The notes beneath the pieces were generated by a model that saw nothing but the letters and a program-made list of their open reading frames with translations, was not told the origin of the DNA and ran no database searches. From contig OX597831.1 in the NCBI GenBank assembly GCA_951406725.2, positions 2,046,001 to 2,110,000 on the forward strand: 64,000 nucleotides of DNA, in the 5' to 3' direction. This DNA is from Octopus vulgaris (Eukaryota). A program made the translations under genes and the position numbers. Below are positions 12,870 through 25,700 of the stretch, piece after piece. The stretch's first letter is position 1; each line of letters opens with the position of its first letter.

Positions 12870-14429
12870 TCTGAAATATTTGAGGATCTTTTGTAATGTC
12901 AAATTTTTTTAATAATTATTGTTGTTGTTTAGACCCCCCCTACCCCGGGTCAGCACATAATTAGGGACCTCTGATTGAAGACATTCCAGTTGTGATCATC
13001 CTTGTTTTTTTTTTCAGACAATTTGCCTTGTATGACTTTATCAAAAATGTACCTCCTTAGTCTCTAAGATAACAGGGTGTAATTTAGACTAGTGCTACTC
13101 AAAGTCCGCGAGCCTTCAGCTGTTGGTACGCAGTGAGTTCCTAGAAAAGAAAGAAACGTTATAAAATGCTTATGTAATATTGTATTATTTGTTTACAAAA
13201 TAAATATGAGATAAAACAAATTGTCAACTTTTATTATATTCATTATATATATTGTTTCCGGTATAATTTAATATTACTAAGAAATATTACCGGTCCCTGG
13301 CACATTGGAGAAAAAAAACTGTTTGGTACAATTTCATACCTTGATATTTATTTACAGTTAGGTGGACTATGCAGGGGTATTGTACCTGTTTACAATTTGG
13401 TAGAATTATTGTTTCATGTCATGGGACATATTGATAATGTGGTATAGAATGCAAGTGGACTTCTCTATGACACTTATTTACCTAATAGTACTTGTCTGCA
13501 CTTAAGGGAACAACTGTAGGACCCAGTGGGACCTGTCTATAGTTAGTTACTTGTGAATATTAAATGTCTTGGTCAAGAATATGGTACAGTGCAGGTGACG
13601 GGATTTTAACCAGTTGCTTTACAAAACATGACCGTAATCCTGAACATTTAATTAGTGATTCATTTATCAGTACTTCAGTAAGTATAGTTGATGCTGTTTT
13701 ACTAATGAGATTAGAACAAGACTGAAACATGTCTAGAGTTGTGTCCCTCACTTTCTAGGAAACGAAATTGTTTTTGTAACATTGACAAACGGCTATATAT
13801 TTTTTTTGGTGTTGGGATGTGGGAATTGGAGAAAGCATAGCCTATTAAATTGACTATTATAGTTCGTGTTAAAGGTAAAGATTTTTGTTTGTTTTTTACT
13901 TTGGTGAGATTTGAACTTGTGAGCTTACCCATGAGACACAGGACTTATTTAAACCTTAGGCAAGGGGACTGGCTCACATAACATCAGAATATGCCCGTAC
14001 ACATGTCTAAAGGCCAGCTCTTCTCCTACTCTTCTGTGCCTTAGCTACAACCCTTCACAGGTACCACCACTCCAAACCAGAGTATCCCTGAAGTAGTGGT
14101 AACTAAGGTGTAAGTCCATACCCCTTAAAACTCCTGAACTCCTGGGTTGGAGTTTAATGTCTTATCTAGGATACATGTATATTTAACCTTTTAGCACTCA
14201 GATTACAGTCAAATGTAAAGCTTATTTATCCAAATTATTTTGAATTAATCATGCATTATCTTGTAGCCTCAATATTACAATGATGTAATTGTCTTTTTAG
14301 AATGACATTGTAAGGCAGGTGCAAGAGGCTGGATATGGCTGGCTTAATCCTTTACCATTCAGATTACTCAATTAAATGTATTGCTTATTCATTCACATTA
14401 AATAAAAATAAATGCGCCCTTTTAAAGCC

Positions 14430-14638
14430 TATAACAGCATCCTCGCTCTCCCTACAAAGCACATATCTTCCTGCAGATTTCCACCATTTTCTCTCCTTTT
14501 ACAAAAGGCAAGATAAGAAAGCATGAGGTTTCGGTAATGTTCATTTTGGTTCTCCATTTCCAGAGTGATCCCAAGCACACAAAATACAACTTTTCTTATT
14601 GCAATTTCATCTTTAACTGGAATTTTTAGCCAACTCAA
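14430..14638 (-). mobile_element. Mariner 5' fragment (left TIR and transposase N-terminus); second copy at 24475-24740
   Basis: TA|TTGAGTTGGCTAAAAA terminus; [13 protein letters not shown]... and, in the second copy, RICAVYG...VCQKW HTH remnants. Confidence 0.75.
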
Positions 14639-15181
14639 TATATATAAATAAATAAATAAATAAATGTGCCCTTTTAAAGCCTAGCCTAGGCTCATGGGCC
14701 CGGCTTCTATGGCGTATGTGTTCCCCAGTTGGACAGGACACCAGTCCATCGCAGCGTTACTCATTTTTGCCAGCTGAGTGGACTGGAGCAACATGAAATG
14801 AAGTGTTTTTCTCAAGAACACAACGCATCGCCCGGTCCAGGAATCGAAACCACAATCTTACGATAATGATGCTGACACCCTAGCCACACGCCTCCACAAT
14901 TTCATTCACTTTACTTTTAATTAATTATGCATTATCTTACAGTTTCAAGATTTTGATGATGTGACAGCTTATATCTTAGAATGACATTGTAGGATCAGTG
15001 TAAGAGACCAGACCTGGCCCATTTGAATGTAACACGGGTAGAATATTTTGGGCTGGATATGGCCAGTTTAAATACTAGAGGGTCAATTTAATTTAACCTT
15101 ATTTCTTGCCACAATGCTGGTGACTGAGTGTAAACTTTTGACTCTTTGATTAGTAAACTGAGGAGATTTAGAACACCCCAC

Positions 15182-15225
<44 letters not shown>

Positions 15226-15290
15226 ATCAATGTAAAACAGTGAATTAAATTGACCTTCTTTGTTTTCTCTTTTACTCTTTCAGTGGAGCC

Positions 15291-15397
15291 ATGTCTATGT
15301 TAGCAAATGGTGTATGTGCAAGATGTGGAGAAGGATTCCAGTTAAAAGACCAGATTGTCAACTCAAATGATCAATCTTGGCATCCAGAATGCTTTGT
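15291..15397 (+). CDS. LIMS1: PINCH coding exon 1 ([12 protein letters not shown]...WHPECFV)
   Basis: Polypyrimidine tract and AG at 15282-15283, GCCATG start context, donor gtatgt at 15398. Confidence 0.93.
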
Positions 15398-16495
15398 GTA
15401 TGTATTGACTTTATTATTTCTACTTTTCTTTCTTTATTTTTGTCTTCTTTTCCATTATTTCTTTATCATCTTTTTGTCGTTTTTTTTTTGTCTACTTCCT
15501 ATATCTTTTGTTCTCTTTCATATATTTCTATGCCTTCTTCCTTTTGTTTTCTCCTGTCTTATTGCTTCTTTGTCTTCTACTTGTCTTGTTTTCATTATTT
15601 TCTATTCCTCTGTTTTATTTTAATTTTTTTTTTTTTGGTTTCCTATCTCGTCTCAATCCTAACCATACTTTAGAAATAAAATGGCTGAGTGAATAAGATA
15701 ATGAGTTATTGACTCAACACCAGCACCACATCTACCACAGGTACTGTTAATGGAGTCTACTCTGTTGCAAGCATACAAGGTGATGCTGAAAAGTGCCTGG
15801 TTTTGGGTAAAAAAAAAATACCTGAGGATCAGTTAGTTATGATTTTATTGACCATGGCGGTGCCCCAGCATGGCCACAGCTCATGAACTGAAACTAGATG
15901 AAATAAAATAAATATTCCCCTCTCAGATTCACACAGTCGTTCAGTTTTTCTAAGCCCTGTAAAAGGACTTCAAAAGTTGACCCTCCAACCAGGCCTTTCA
16001 CAATACCCTAAAACCAGTAAAATTTTCAGTACCCCTTGAACAGACCAGGCCTCTGGTCTGAAAATCAAATTCATAACTTGAGTCAGGGAGCAACACAAAA
16101 GTCATGTTTTATGCTTTTGTCTCCCATCAGACTTTGAGATTCCACAAAAGGGTCATTAGTCTTATTCAAGGGTCTTATTCAACTGACTAAGCCACCTACT
16201 ACAGATGTTCCCTTACAGTCTTGAGTAGGACAAACTTAACAACTTTCATTATTTGTGACCTTAATAGATAGAATATATATATATTTGCAAATAGGTGTGA
16301 GAGTTTGTGTGCATGCACACAAAAACATAATCATCCTCTCTTTTGATGGGATTCTGAGAGACTATTTTATGACCTGATGACCTTCATGATGGTAACTACT
16401 TTAGTCTCTACTTACAATATACAGGTCTGTGTGTGTTTGTGTATATATGTGCAGATGTATGCATATCTAGTTGTCTGTATGTGTGTGTATGTGCA

Positions 16496-16529
<34 letters not shown>

Positions 16530-16727
16530 CTGCGTGTGTACCGTTGGCGATTTTTTTTTCCTCTGTCTTCCCTTCTCTGGATCTTTCCTTCTCCTATGTT
16601 TCCGATGAAGAGCTCCACTCGAAACGTTAAACCCTCCTTCTTTCCTTCTTTCCTGAGCGTCCAATAATACTATATTTGTTCTACGTCTTCACGTTGTGTT
16701 TTTTTGTGCTTTCTTGTTTGGATTAAC

Positions 16728-16758
<31 letters not shown>

Positions 16759-19700
16759 ATATAAAAGTACTTATATATGGAGTTATATTTATCCTGTTTG
16801 TACCAAACACACACATACAAATATGCACAGAATCATATCTATCTATCTAGATAGATAGATATAGATACATAGATAGATATGATTGTGTGCATATTTGTAT
16901 GTGTTGTGTTTGGTACAAACCGGATAAATATAACTCCATATATGAGTTCTTTTATTTTATTATTCCTTAATCAGCAGAAGTTACATGCTGCATGTTTCAA
17001 CTCTGTTTGGAGTTTCGTCAGCACTTGTGCACCTTCCATAACTATCAGTGAACATGCTGCTTGTAAACCAAATGGTGATCTCCTGTAATTCTGCTTCACT
17101 GCTTCCTAACAAGTCAATATCATCAACAAAGTGCAGGTTGGAAATGGGTCATCGTCCAATGAAAACAGAAGGGTAGAAATCTTGAAGTGTCTCCAGCATG
17201 TTCTCCAGGATGATGCTGAAAAGCACTGGAGAGAGGAGACAACCTTGTCGAACATCTACTGTTGTCGTGAAGAGTTCTCTTATGTTGCTGTTCAGGGGAA
17301 TTGTATTGCTTCACTTTTCATGTTTTGCTTGAATTACTTCGATGAAGTTTTCGTTGCAGTTGTAATTCTTTATTACCTGTCATAACCCACCATGCTGCCA
17401 AGCACAATCAAAGAAATACACCATCGCTATCATTGAGGACAAAACAGGCCTGCTCCACATGGATGTGAATGATGTTGCCAAAAGAAAGTCTGAGTATTGC
17501 AAAGACCTTTACAAACACAAACTCAAACATGACAGCAGCATCCTGGACAACTCCAACAACAACAACAGCAGAGAACTGGGGGACACTCCAATTTTCCAGA
17601 AGGAAGTTGAAGAGCCAATGTGTATACTCAAAGATGGAAATTCCCAAGTGTGGATAACATGGAGGACCAAAGCTTATCAAAGCACTAACAGTTACCTGTC
17701 AGAGGACATGGGAGACAAAGCAGTGTCCAAAGAAGTGGACCTTATCACTGATGATACCCATTCCTAGGAAAGACAACTTAAGACTCCTCCAGGATTATAG
17801 AACAATGAGCCTAATTAGCCACCTACAAATTATTGCTAAGAGTTCTGCTAAACAGATTTAACCCTTTAGCATTTAAACCAGCTATATCTAACCAAAATAT
17901 TCAACCTGTTTTTGTTCAAAGTGGCCAGATCTGGTCTCTCACACTAACCCTACTATATCATTTTCAAAATTAACAGTTGCCTCATCAAAATCTCAAAGCT
18001 ACAAAATAATGCATGATTAAATTCAAAACAATAGGAGTGGCTGTGTGGTAAGTAGCTTGCTTACCAACCACATGGCTCTGGGTTCAGTCCCACTGCGTGG
18101 CACCTTGGGCAAGTGTCTTCTACTATAGCCTCGGGCCGACCAAAGCCTTGTGAGTGGATTTGGTACAAGGAAACTGAAAGAAGCCCGTTGTATATATGTA
18201 TATATATATATATGTATGTGTGTGTGTCTGTGTTTGTCCCCCCAACATCGCTTGACAACCAATGCTGGTGTGTTTACGTCCCCGTAACTTAGCGGTTCGG
18301 CAAAAGAGATCAATAGAAATAAGTACTAGGCTTACAAAGAATAAGTCCTGGGTTCGATTTGCTCGACTAAAGGCGGTGCTCCAGCATGGCCGCAGTCAAA
18401 TGACTGAAACAAGTAAAAGAGTAAAGAGTAACAAGCATTACTTTTGATAGAATAATGTGAAAGCTAAAGGGTTAATGGGAAGACAGAAGAACAGGCAGGA
18501 TTTAGGCTCAAACGGAGTACTGTGGAGCAGATGTTTAGCATTAGGCTGCTCACTGAAAAACATCTGCAACACCAATCTGACCTCTGTTGAAGTTTCATCA
18601 AAATAATCTGAGGTATTTCCTTCGTTATTAATAGAAGTTTTATGCGGTTGTCAGTCTTATAACAAAGAATAATTTTTCCACTGAATTAAAACCAAATCTT
18701 CATTTATGAGTCAACAACTTTACTTATGAGTCTAAAGCTGCATTATTAAAACCCTCTTCAAAGGAAGAAATCTCAGCTTATAATAAATCTACTTTATTTA
18801 AATCTTGCTAAAAAAATTTTTTTGTAATTTGTCATTTTCTCCTCCTGGTTACACACTCAAATGTGTGTGTGTATGTGTATATATATATATATGAATCTCT
18901 CTCTCTCACACACTCACACTCACACACACACACACACATCTCCCACTCTGTGAGATTTGTGAGCTACCTAAACAGGACTTAATATCAACTGAATAGAAAG
19001 TAACTTTGTTGCTAAAAGACACAAACAACTGGTTGTTTATCTCTTCAAACTAGTTTAAGTTCACCGATTTCAAACCAGATACACCACATTACACACTCTT
19101 CTCTCTTTACTATAGGACTATTATCTTAAAAATGCCAATGAAAACTACTATTTTATATATATATGCCAGTGTAGACCATGGTCTTCAATTTGACTGATGA
19201 TGATATATAATGTGTGTGTGTGTGTGTGTAATGAGATCAACCCTGATACCTGAGATGCAAAAGGCAAAACTGCACCCAGTTGAGGGTGCCACCTTCTATG
19301 AACAGAACATGCAAATTGTGGGGCTGTGTGGTGAGAAGCTTGCTTCTCTGCTATATGGTTCTGTGTTCAGTCCCATTGCATGGCGCCTTAGGCAAGAGTC
19401 TTTTACTATAGCTCAGGCTAACCAAAGCCTTGTGACTGGATTTGTAGACAGAAACTGAAAGAAGCCTGCCATCTATTTATATATATATATATATATATGT
19501 AGTCTTTGTGTTTGTCCCTCTCCACCACTTGACAACTTGATAACAATGATAGTGATGATGAAGATGATGACAAAGATAGTAACAATATTGATGATAATAC
19601 CGATAGTGATGATGATGATGATGATTAATCATCGTTATAATTTTTGGTTTCACCTTCCCATTTACCATCCGCATGATTTTCCACTTACACATACAATATC

Positions 19701-22700
19701 ACCATAGCAATTGATGAAGAGGAAAGGGTGACTCATCTTACATTCTCCATATTGATGACATAATCCACCAACTCTGAGTATCACACCACATCCTTTACGG
19801 AGGCTGTTTGTGGTGACCAACCTGCTAAAATAGCAGCTAAATGTTCCTCAAATCATATCCAACCAACTTAAAAAGAAAAAAAGATGCTCTGCATAATGTG
19901 GGTCCTGAATGGATGTGCATCATCATCATGGTCCTTTTCCTGTTCGCAAGGACCTGTCAGAATTTGTTGAAGCAGATTTTTTATGGCTGGATGCCCTTCC
20001 TGTTGCCAATCCTCACCTGTGTCTCCAAGCAAGATAATATTTCCCCTTTGGCTGGATGCGTTTTCACAGAAGACTAAAAACAAATGAGACCACTTGGATA
20101 ATGATCACACTCACTCCATCGTGTAATGTTGAGACAAGGACATACACACACACTCATACATATATACACATACACACATATGCAAGCGCACGTGTGTGTG
20201 TGTGTATGTACACTTGGCTTTTTTTAGTTTAATTCTACCAAATCGTCTCAGAAGGCTTTTGTTAGCCTGGTGCTATAGCAGAAGACACTTACCCTAGGTG
20301 GGTGCTACATCTGAAAACTGAGTCAAGTTGGTCATGGTTGGATTAGCTTTGATCATAATGCTGATTAATCAGGGCTGACCTGGTTTCAAACAGCAACAAC
20401 TGACTACTATGTAAACACACACATATACATACACTGACACACATCAATATACATTGTTTGTGGTTGTGATGGAAATGAGTCGAAAAATTCTGGTTTTTAA
20501 TCCAGGATGGCCTAAGGTTGAGGACTTCATGGTGATTGAAGAATTTGGTGGTGGTGTTGCCACTTAATCATTAAATAATTATATTTTAATCCTCAGAGCT
20601 GTCAATCTTACTTGCTCTGGTTAATTCTTTGAGAGCGAACAGCAACCTGTCGTCAGAGGTCTCACAGGGTGTCTTTCCATCATCATCATCATCATCGTTT
20701 AACGTCCGTTCTTCATGCTAGCATGGGTTGGACGGTTCGACCGGGGATCTGGGAAGCCAGAAGGCTGCACCAGGCTCCGGTCTTATCTGGCAATGTTTCT
20801 ACAGCTTGATGCCTTTCCTAACGCCAACCACTCCGTGAGTGTAGTGGGTGCTTTTTACGTGCCACCTGCACTGGTGCCAGGCGAGGCTGGCATCGGCCAC
20901 GGTCGGATTGGTGCTTTTTACGTGCCACCGACACGGAAGCCAGTCGAGGTGGCGCTGGCAACGGCCACGATTCGGATAGTGCTTTTACGTATCTCCAGTC
21001 CAGGGGTCCTGGCATCTGCCGGGTGCCAGTCATAGGATTGGTTCAATTTCGATTCCGATTTCGATTTCGATTTCACTTGCCCCAACAGGTCTTCGCAAGC
21101 ATAGGTGCCTGTCGTCGGATGAGGTTCGATATCGACTTCGCTTGCCTCAACAGGTCTTTGTGTGTCCAAGGGAGGAAAGGCATGCATAAGTGGGCTGGAC
21201 TCACTTGTCCTGCCTGGTCTTTTCACGCACAGCATATTTGCAAAGGTCTCGGTCGCTGGTCATTTCCTCAGTGAGACCTAAAGTTCGAAGGTCGTGCTTC
21301 ACCACTTCGTCCCAAGTTTTCCTGGGTCTACCTCTTCCACGGGATCCCTCCACTGCTAGGGATTGGCACTTTTTCACACAACTATCTTCATCCATTCTCG
21401 CCACATGACCATACCAGCGCAATCGTCTCTCTTGCACACCACAACTGATGCTCCTTAGGTGCAACATTTCTCTCAGGGTACTAACGCTCTGTCGAGCATG
21501 CACACTGACATTACACAACCATCGGAGCATACTGGCTTCATTTCTCGCGAGCTTACACATGTCCTCAGCAGTCACAGCCCATGTTTCGCTGCCATGTAGC
21601 ATGGCTGTTCGTACACATGCATCATACAGTCTGCCTTTTACTCTGAGCGAGAGGCCTTTAGTTACCAGCAGAGGTAAGAGCTCCCTAAACTTTACCCAGG
21701 CTATTCTTACTCTAGCCGTTACACTTTCAGCACACCCACCCCCACTACTGACTTGGTCACCAAGATAACGGAAGCTATCAACTACTTCTAGTTTTTCCCC
21801 CTGGAAAGTGACGGAAGTTGTTTTCTGCAGATTTTCAGAGGTTAATGCTCCCGAGCATCTGCCACATACAAAAACCATCTTCCTAGTTAGCCTTCCTTTG
21901 ACATTGCTGCACCTCTTATGTGTCCATAGCTTACACTTGGTGCATCTTATAGAGTTTCTACCTACACCTTTTCTACAGATCGAGCAGGGCCATCTACCTG
22001 AAGGCGTTTGTGATTTGTCTACCTTCCTACTTATTACGACTTTGGTTTTAGCTAGATTGACTCTAAGGCCCTTCGATTCTAAACCTTGCTTCCACACCTG
22101 AAACTTCTCCTCCAGTTCTGATAGTGACTCAGCAATTAGAGCAAGGTCATCAGCATAGAGGAGCTCCCAGGGGCATCCTGTCTTGAATTCCTCCGTTATT
22201 GCCTGGAGGACTATGATAAATAGGAGGGGGCTGAGGACTGAGCCTTGGTGGACCCCTACCTCTACCCGGAATTCTTCACTGTACTCGTTGCCATAAATAT
22301 TAAAACTTGGTACCAAGATGTTAAGTATCGTGGAAGGCGCCTAACACCCAAGTACCAATCTCGAAATCCTTGCTGTCCCCAATAAAGCAGTTTTTTGAGT
22401 ATGCTCTAGGGTCTACTCTTATATCAGTTCCGAAATGTAGGATAAGTCTATCTAATAACCCTAGTATTTGTCAACACAATCAGTACTATAATAATGAAAC
22501 ACACACACACATGTATACATACAAGTACATACATTCATACATATACATAGTCACATCTTATATGCATACATACAAACTTCCACATTCTCATTCACACATA
22601 TGTATGTGTGTATATATATGTATATATATCAATAATCGAGGGTAAAATTAATTAGTTATGAATCAATTTCACCAAGTAGTGTTCAGTATGTAAAAGGACC

Positions 22701-25700
22701 ATTTAAGGCGTATTCAAAATATTACATTATATAATTAGGGCTTAGTAAAATAAATTACTTTGCCACATACTGAACTTTCTAGAAATAGCAGCCAAAAAGT
22801 TTTTTAGCCATTTCCACTACTTTAAGAAAAATGTTTACTCAAAAATAACTCACGAAGATATGGAGGTAAAACAGTAAAATATCACAAGTACAAAGATCAT
22901 TTGAGAACGTCACGTTTCTAGATTAGCCGAAATAAAATTCAGCATTTCCTTCGTCAGCTCAACATTTCTTAATTTTGGAAGTGCGTGCATGTGTGTGGGA
23001 GGCTAATTAATATTAGTTGGGGTGAATGGGTGCTGGTTATCTGATTGCTGTTTGAGAACCACTCTACTAGATTATTTTTTTCTTTCTTTTCCTTAGGTGT
23101 GCCCAGTGTTTCCAGAGCTTTCCAGGAGGGATTTTTTATGAGGTTGGTATACAACATTTTCATTTTTATCTTCTTCATCATCATCATATATATATATATA
23201 TATATACTTTTCCATGCTTGCACTGAGGTTGACATAATCAACTTCACCACCCCTCCTCAAAATTACTAGCCTTGTATCAAAATTAGAATTATGAAAAAGT
23301 CAAATGTGTCTCAGAATCTGCATTTAGGATCAGAACTGTTTTTGAAGAATATTAGACTGGTAGTTTTTTGTAAGCAAGCTTTGATCTTGTGCTACCAATA
23401 TGAACCTTCAGTCTCTGCTTTCAATTCTGAAATTCTCAGCCACTGATGGGTTGTTGCTTGGTCTACATCAGCATTTCGACTTCAAAGTATATACTGTATA
23501 CTGTTGTTGTTGTTGCTGCTGTTGCTGTTGTTGTTAAGGAGGTGAGATGGTAAAATCATTTGCATGCTGGACAAAATGTTTAGTAACATTTCATCCATCT
23601 TCACATTCTGAGTTCAGATTGTGCAGAGGTCAGTTTGCCTTTCCTCCTTTTGGGGTTAATAAATACAAGTACCAGTTGAGTACTCGGATCATATAATCAA
23701 CTAATTCTTTCCCAAAAAATTTCAGGCTTTGTGCCTATAGTAGAAAAGATGATTATTATTATTAATGTTGTTGTTGTTGTTGTAGTAGAAGAAAGGATTA
23801 TTATTAAAAATGTTGTACATTTTTAATATTTTATTTCTCTCTGACAAAGTGTCCTGATCAACATGTTAGACTTCTCCTCTTCTTTGTAACAAGATGCTTA
23901 ATTCAAATTTGTGGGTTTAAGACATCAACACTGCTCTCTCAATGTTGTGGGCTCAATCTCCAAACTGGGTCTGGGTGATGAAGGCACTTCATTCCACATT
24001 GCTCCAGTTTACTCAACTCTCACTCTCTCTCTCTCTCTCTTTCACCTGTAGTCACCTTTTCAAGGGTGGGAGGGTCAAGAAGTTGTGAATGTCTACTTGC
24101 AACCACATAGGCACCCTAAACAATTAACAAAAATTTGATATTTAAAACCAGGTCACACTCACTTGCAAGTGATAGCCATAGTATATATATATTTGCTCAG
24201 ATAACACACCATCTCTAGTTTTTCTTGGAGTCTACTGTTTCATTTTAGTATCGACATTGTTTATTTTCAGTTTGAAGGCCGGAAATACTGTGAACATGAT
24301 TTCCACGTTCTGTTTGCACCATGTTGTCAAAAATGTGGTAAGTACTGACATTTTATATCGGAACCAATCAATGCAGTTATTCATAAGAAGGGTTAAAATT
24401 AATGCATGCAAAATTTCACGGCTCTAGCATCACTGCCTTATACTTGGCCTATGAACTTTTCAACCCACCCTCAAACATCTTGAACTGATAAATTTTCCAA
24501 TCGAAATCATAAAATCCACTTCTGACACACGTTCTATAACAGCATCCTCTCACTCCATACACAGCACATATCCTCCTGTAGATTTCCACCATTTTCTCTC
24601 CTTTTAAAAAAAGGCAAGATAAGAAAGCATGAGGTTTCGGTAATGTTCATTTTGGTTCTTCATTTCCAGAGTAATCCCAAGCACACAAAATACAATCTTT
24701 CTTATTGTAAGTTCATCTTGAACTGGAATTTTTGGCCAATGCCAGTACCGGTGACACGTAAAAAGCACCAACTGATCGTGGCCATTGCCAGCCTCCTCTA
24801 GCCACTGTTCCGGTGGCACGTAAAAAGCACCCACTACACTCACCAAGTGGTTGGCATTAAGAAGGACATCCAGCTGTAGAAACACTGCCAGATCAGATTG
24901 GGGCCTGATGCAGCCTCCTGGCTTCCCAGACCCCGGTCAAACCATCCAACCCATGCTAGCATGGAAAGCAGATGTTAAACGATGATGGTGATATATGTAT
25001 GTATGTGTATATATATCATGCTAGCATGGAAAGCGGACGCTGAATGATGATGAATGCGTTTGTGTGTACGTGTGTAAGTGTGCATAAATATTGTTTTATT
25101 TGTTACCATTTGAGTGAAATGACTGCTGTTTTCATTGCTTGTGAACATTATGGCTGTTCACTCTGCAGACTTGATGACCTGTGGAAGGGAAAAAAATACC
25201 TTACTTGAAGAAACAGGTGAAGTTTGGTAACAGGAAGAGCATCCAGTTGTAAAATCCTACTGCAAAATCAATTCCAATTCAAGCCATCTAGTTTGAATGG
25301 GAATTGATTTTGAGACAATTTTCTGAGACATCTGAAAAATAAGTCCTTGGGTTGGTACATTTGGCTAAAAATCCTTCAGGGCAGTGCCCCAGCATGGCCA
25401 CAGTCTAATGACTGAAACAAGTGAAAGATAAAAGAAGATAAGTTCTGGAGTTGATTGCTCGTCTAAAACCCTTCAAAACTGTATCTCAGCATAGCTGCAG
25501 TCCATTGATTGAAACAAGTAGAAGATATGTGATAAAATGTACTGTACACATGAAATTTAAATGCTGATATCGGATAAATAGAATATAAATAGAATTGAAG
25601 GCACACATCAAGTGAGACTTGAAATCACAGCTGATAATTAGTTGCCAGCAAATAATTTGGGTCTCATCTGGCAAACCTTTTTGCTTTCTTTTTTTGTTTG

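Noticed and set aside
13320-13950. Possible degenerate retroelement RT remnant on the minus strand
   Set aside because: Too decayed to identify any diagnostic motif by eye.
21201-22316. Host gene from the 371-aa ORF
   Set aside because: 5'-truncated LINE; the N-terminal residues come from flanking DNA beyond 22292.
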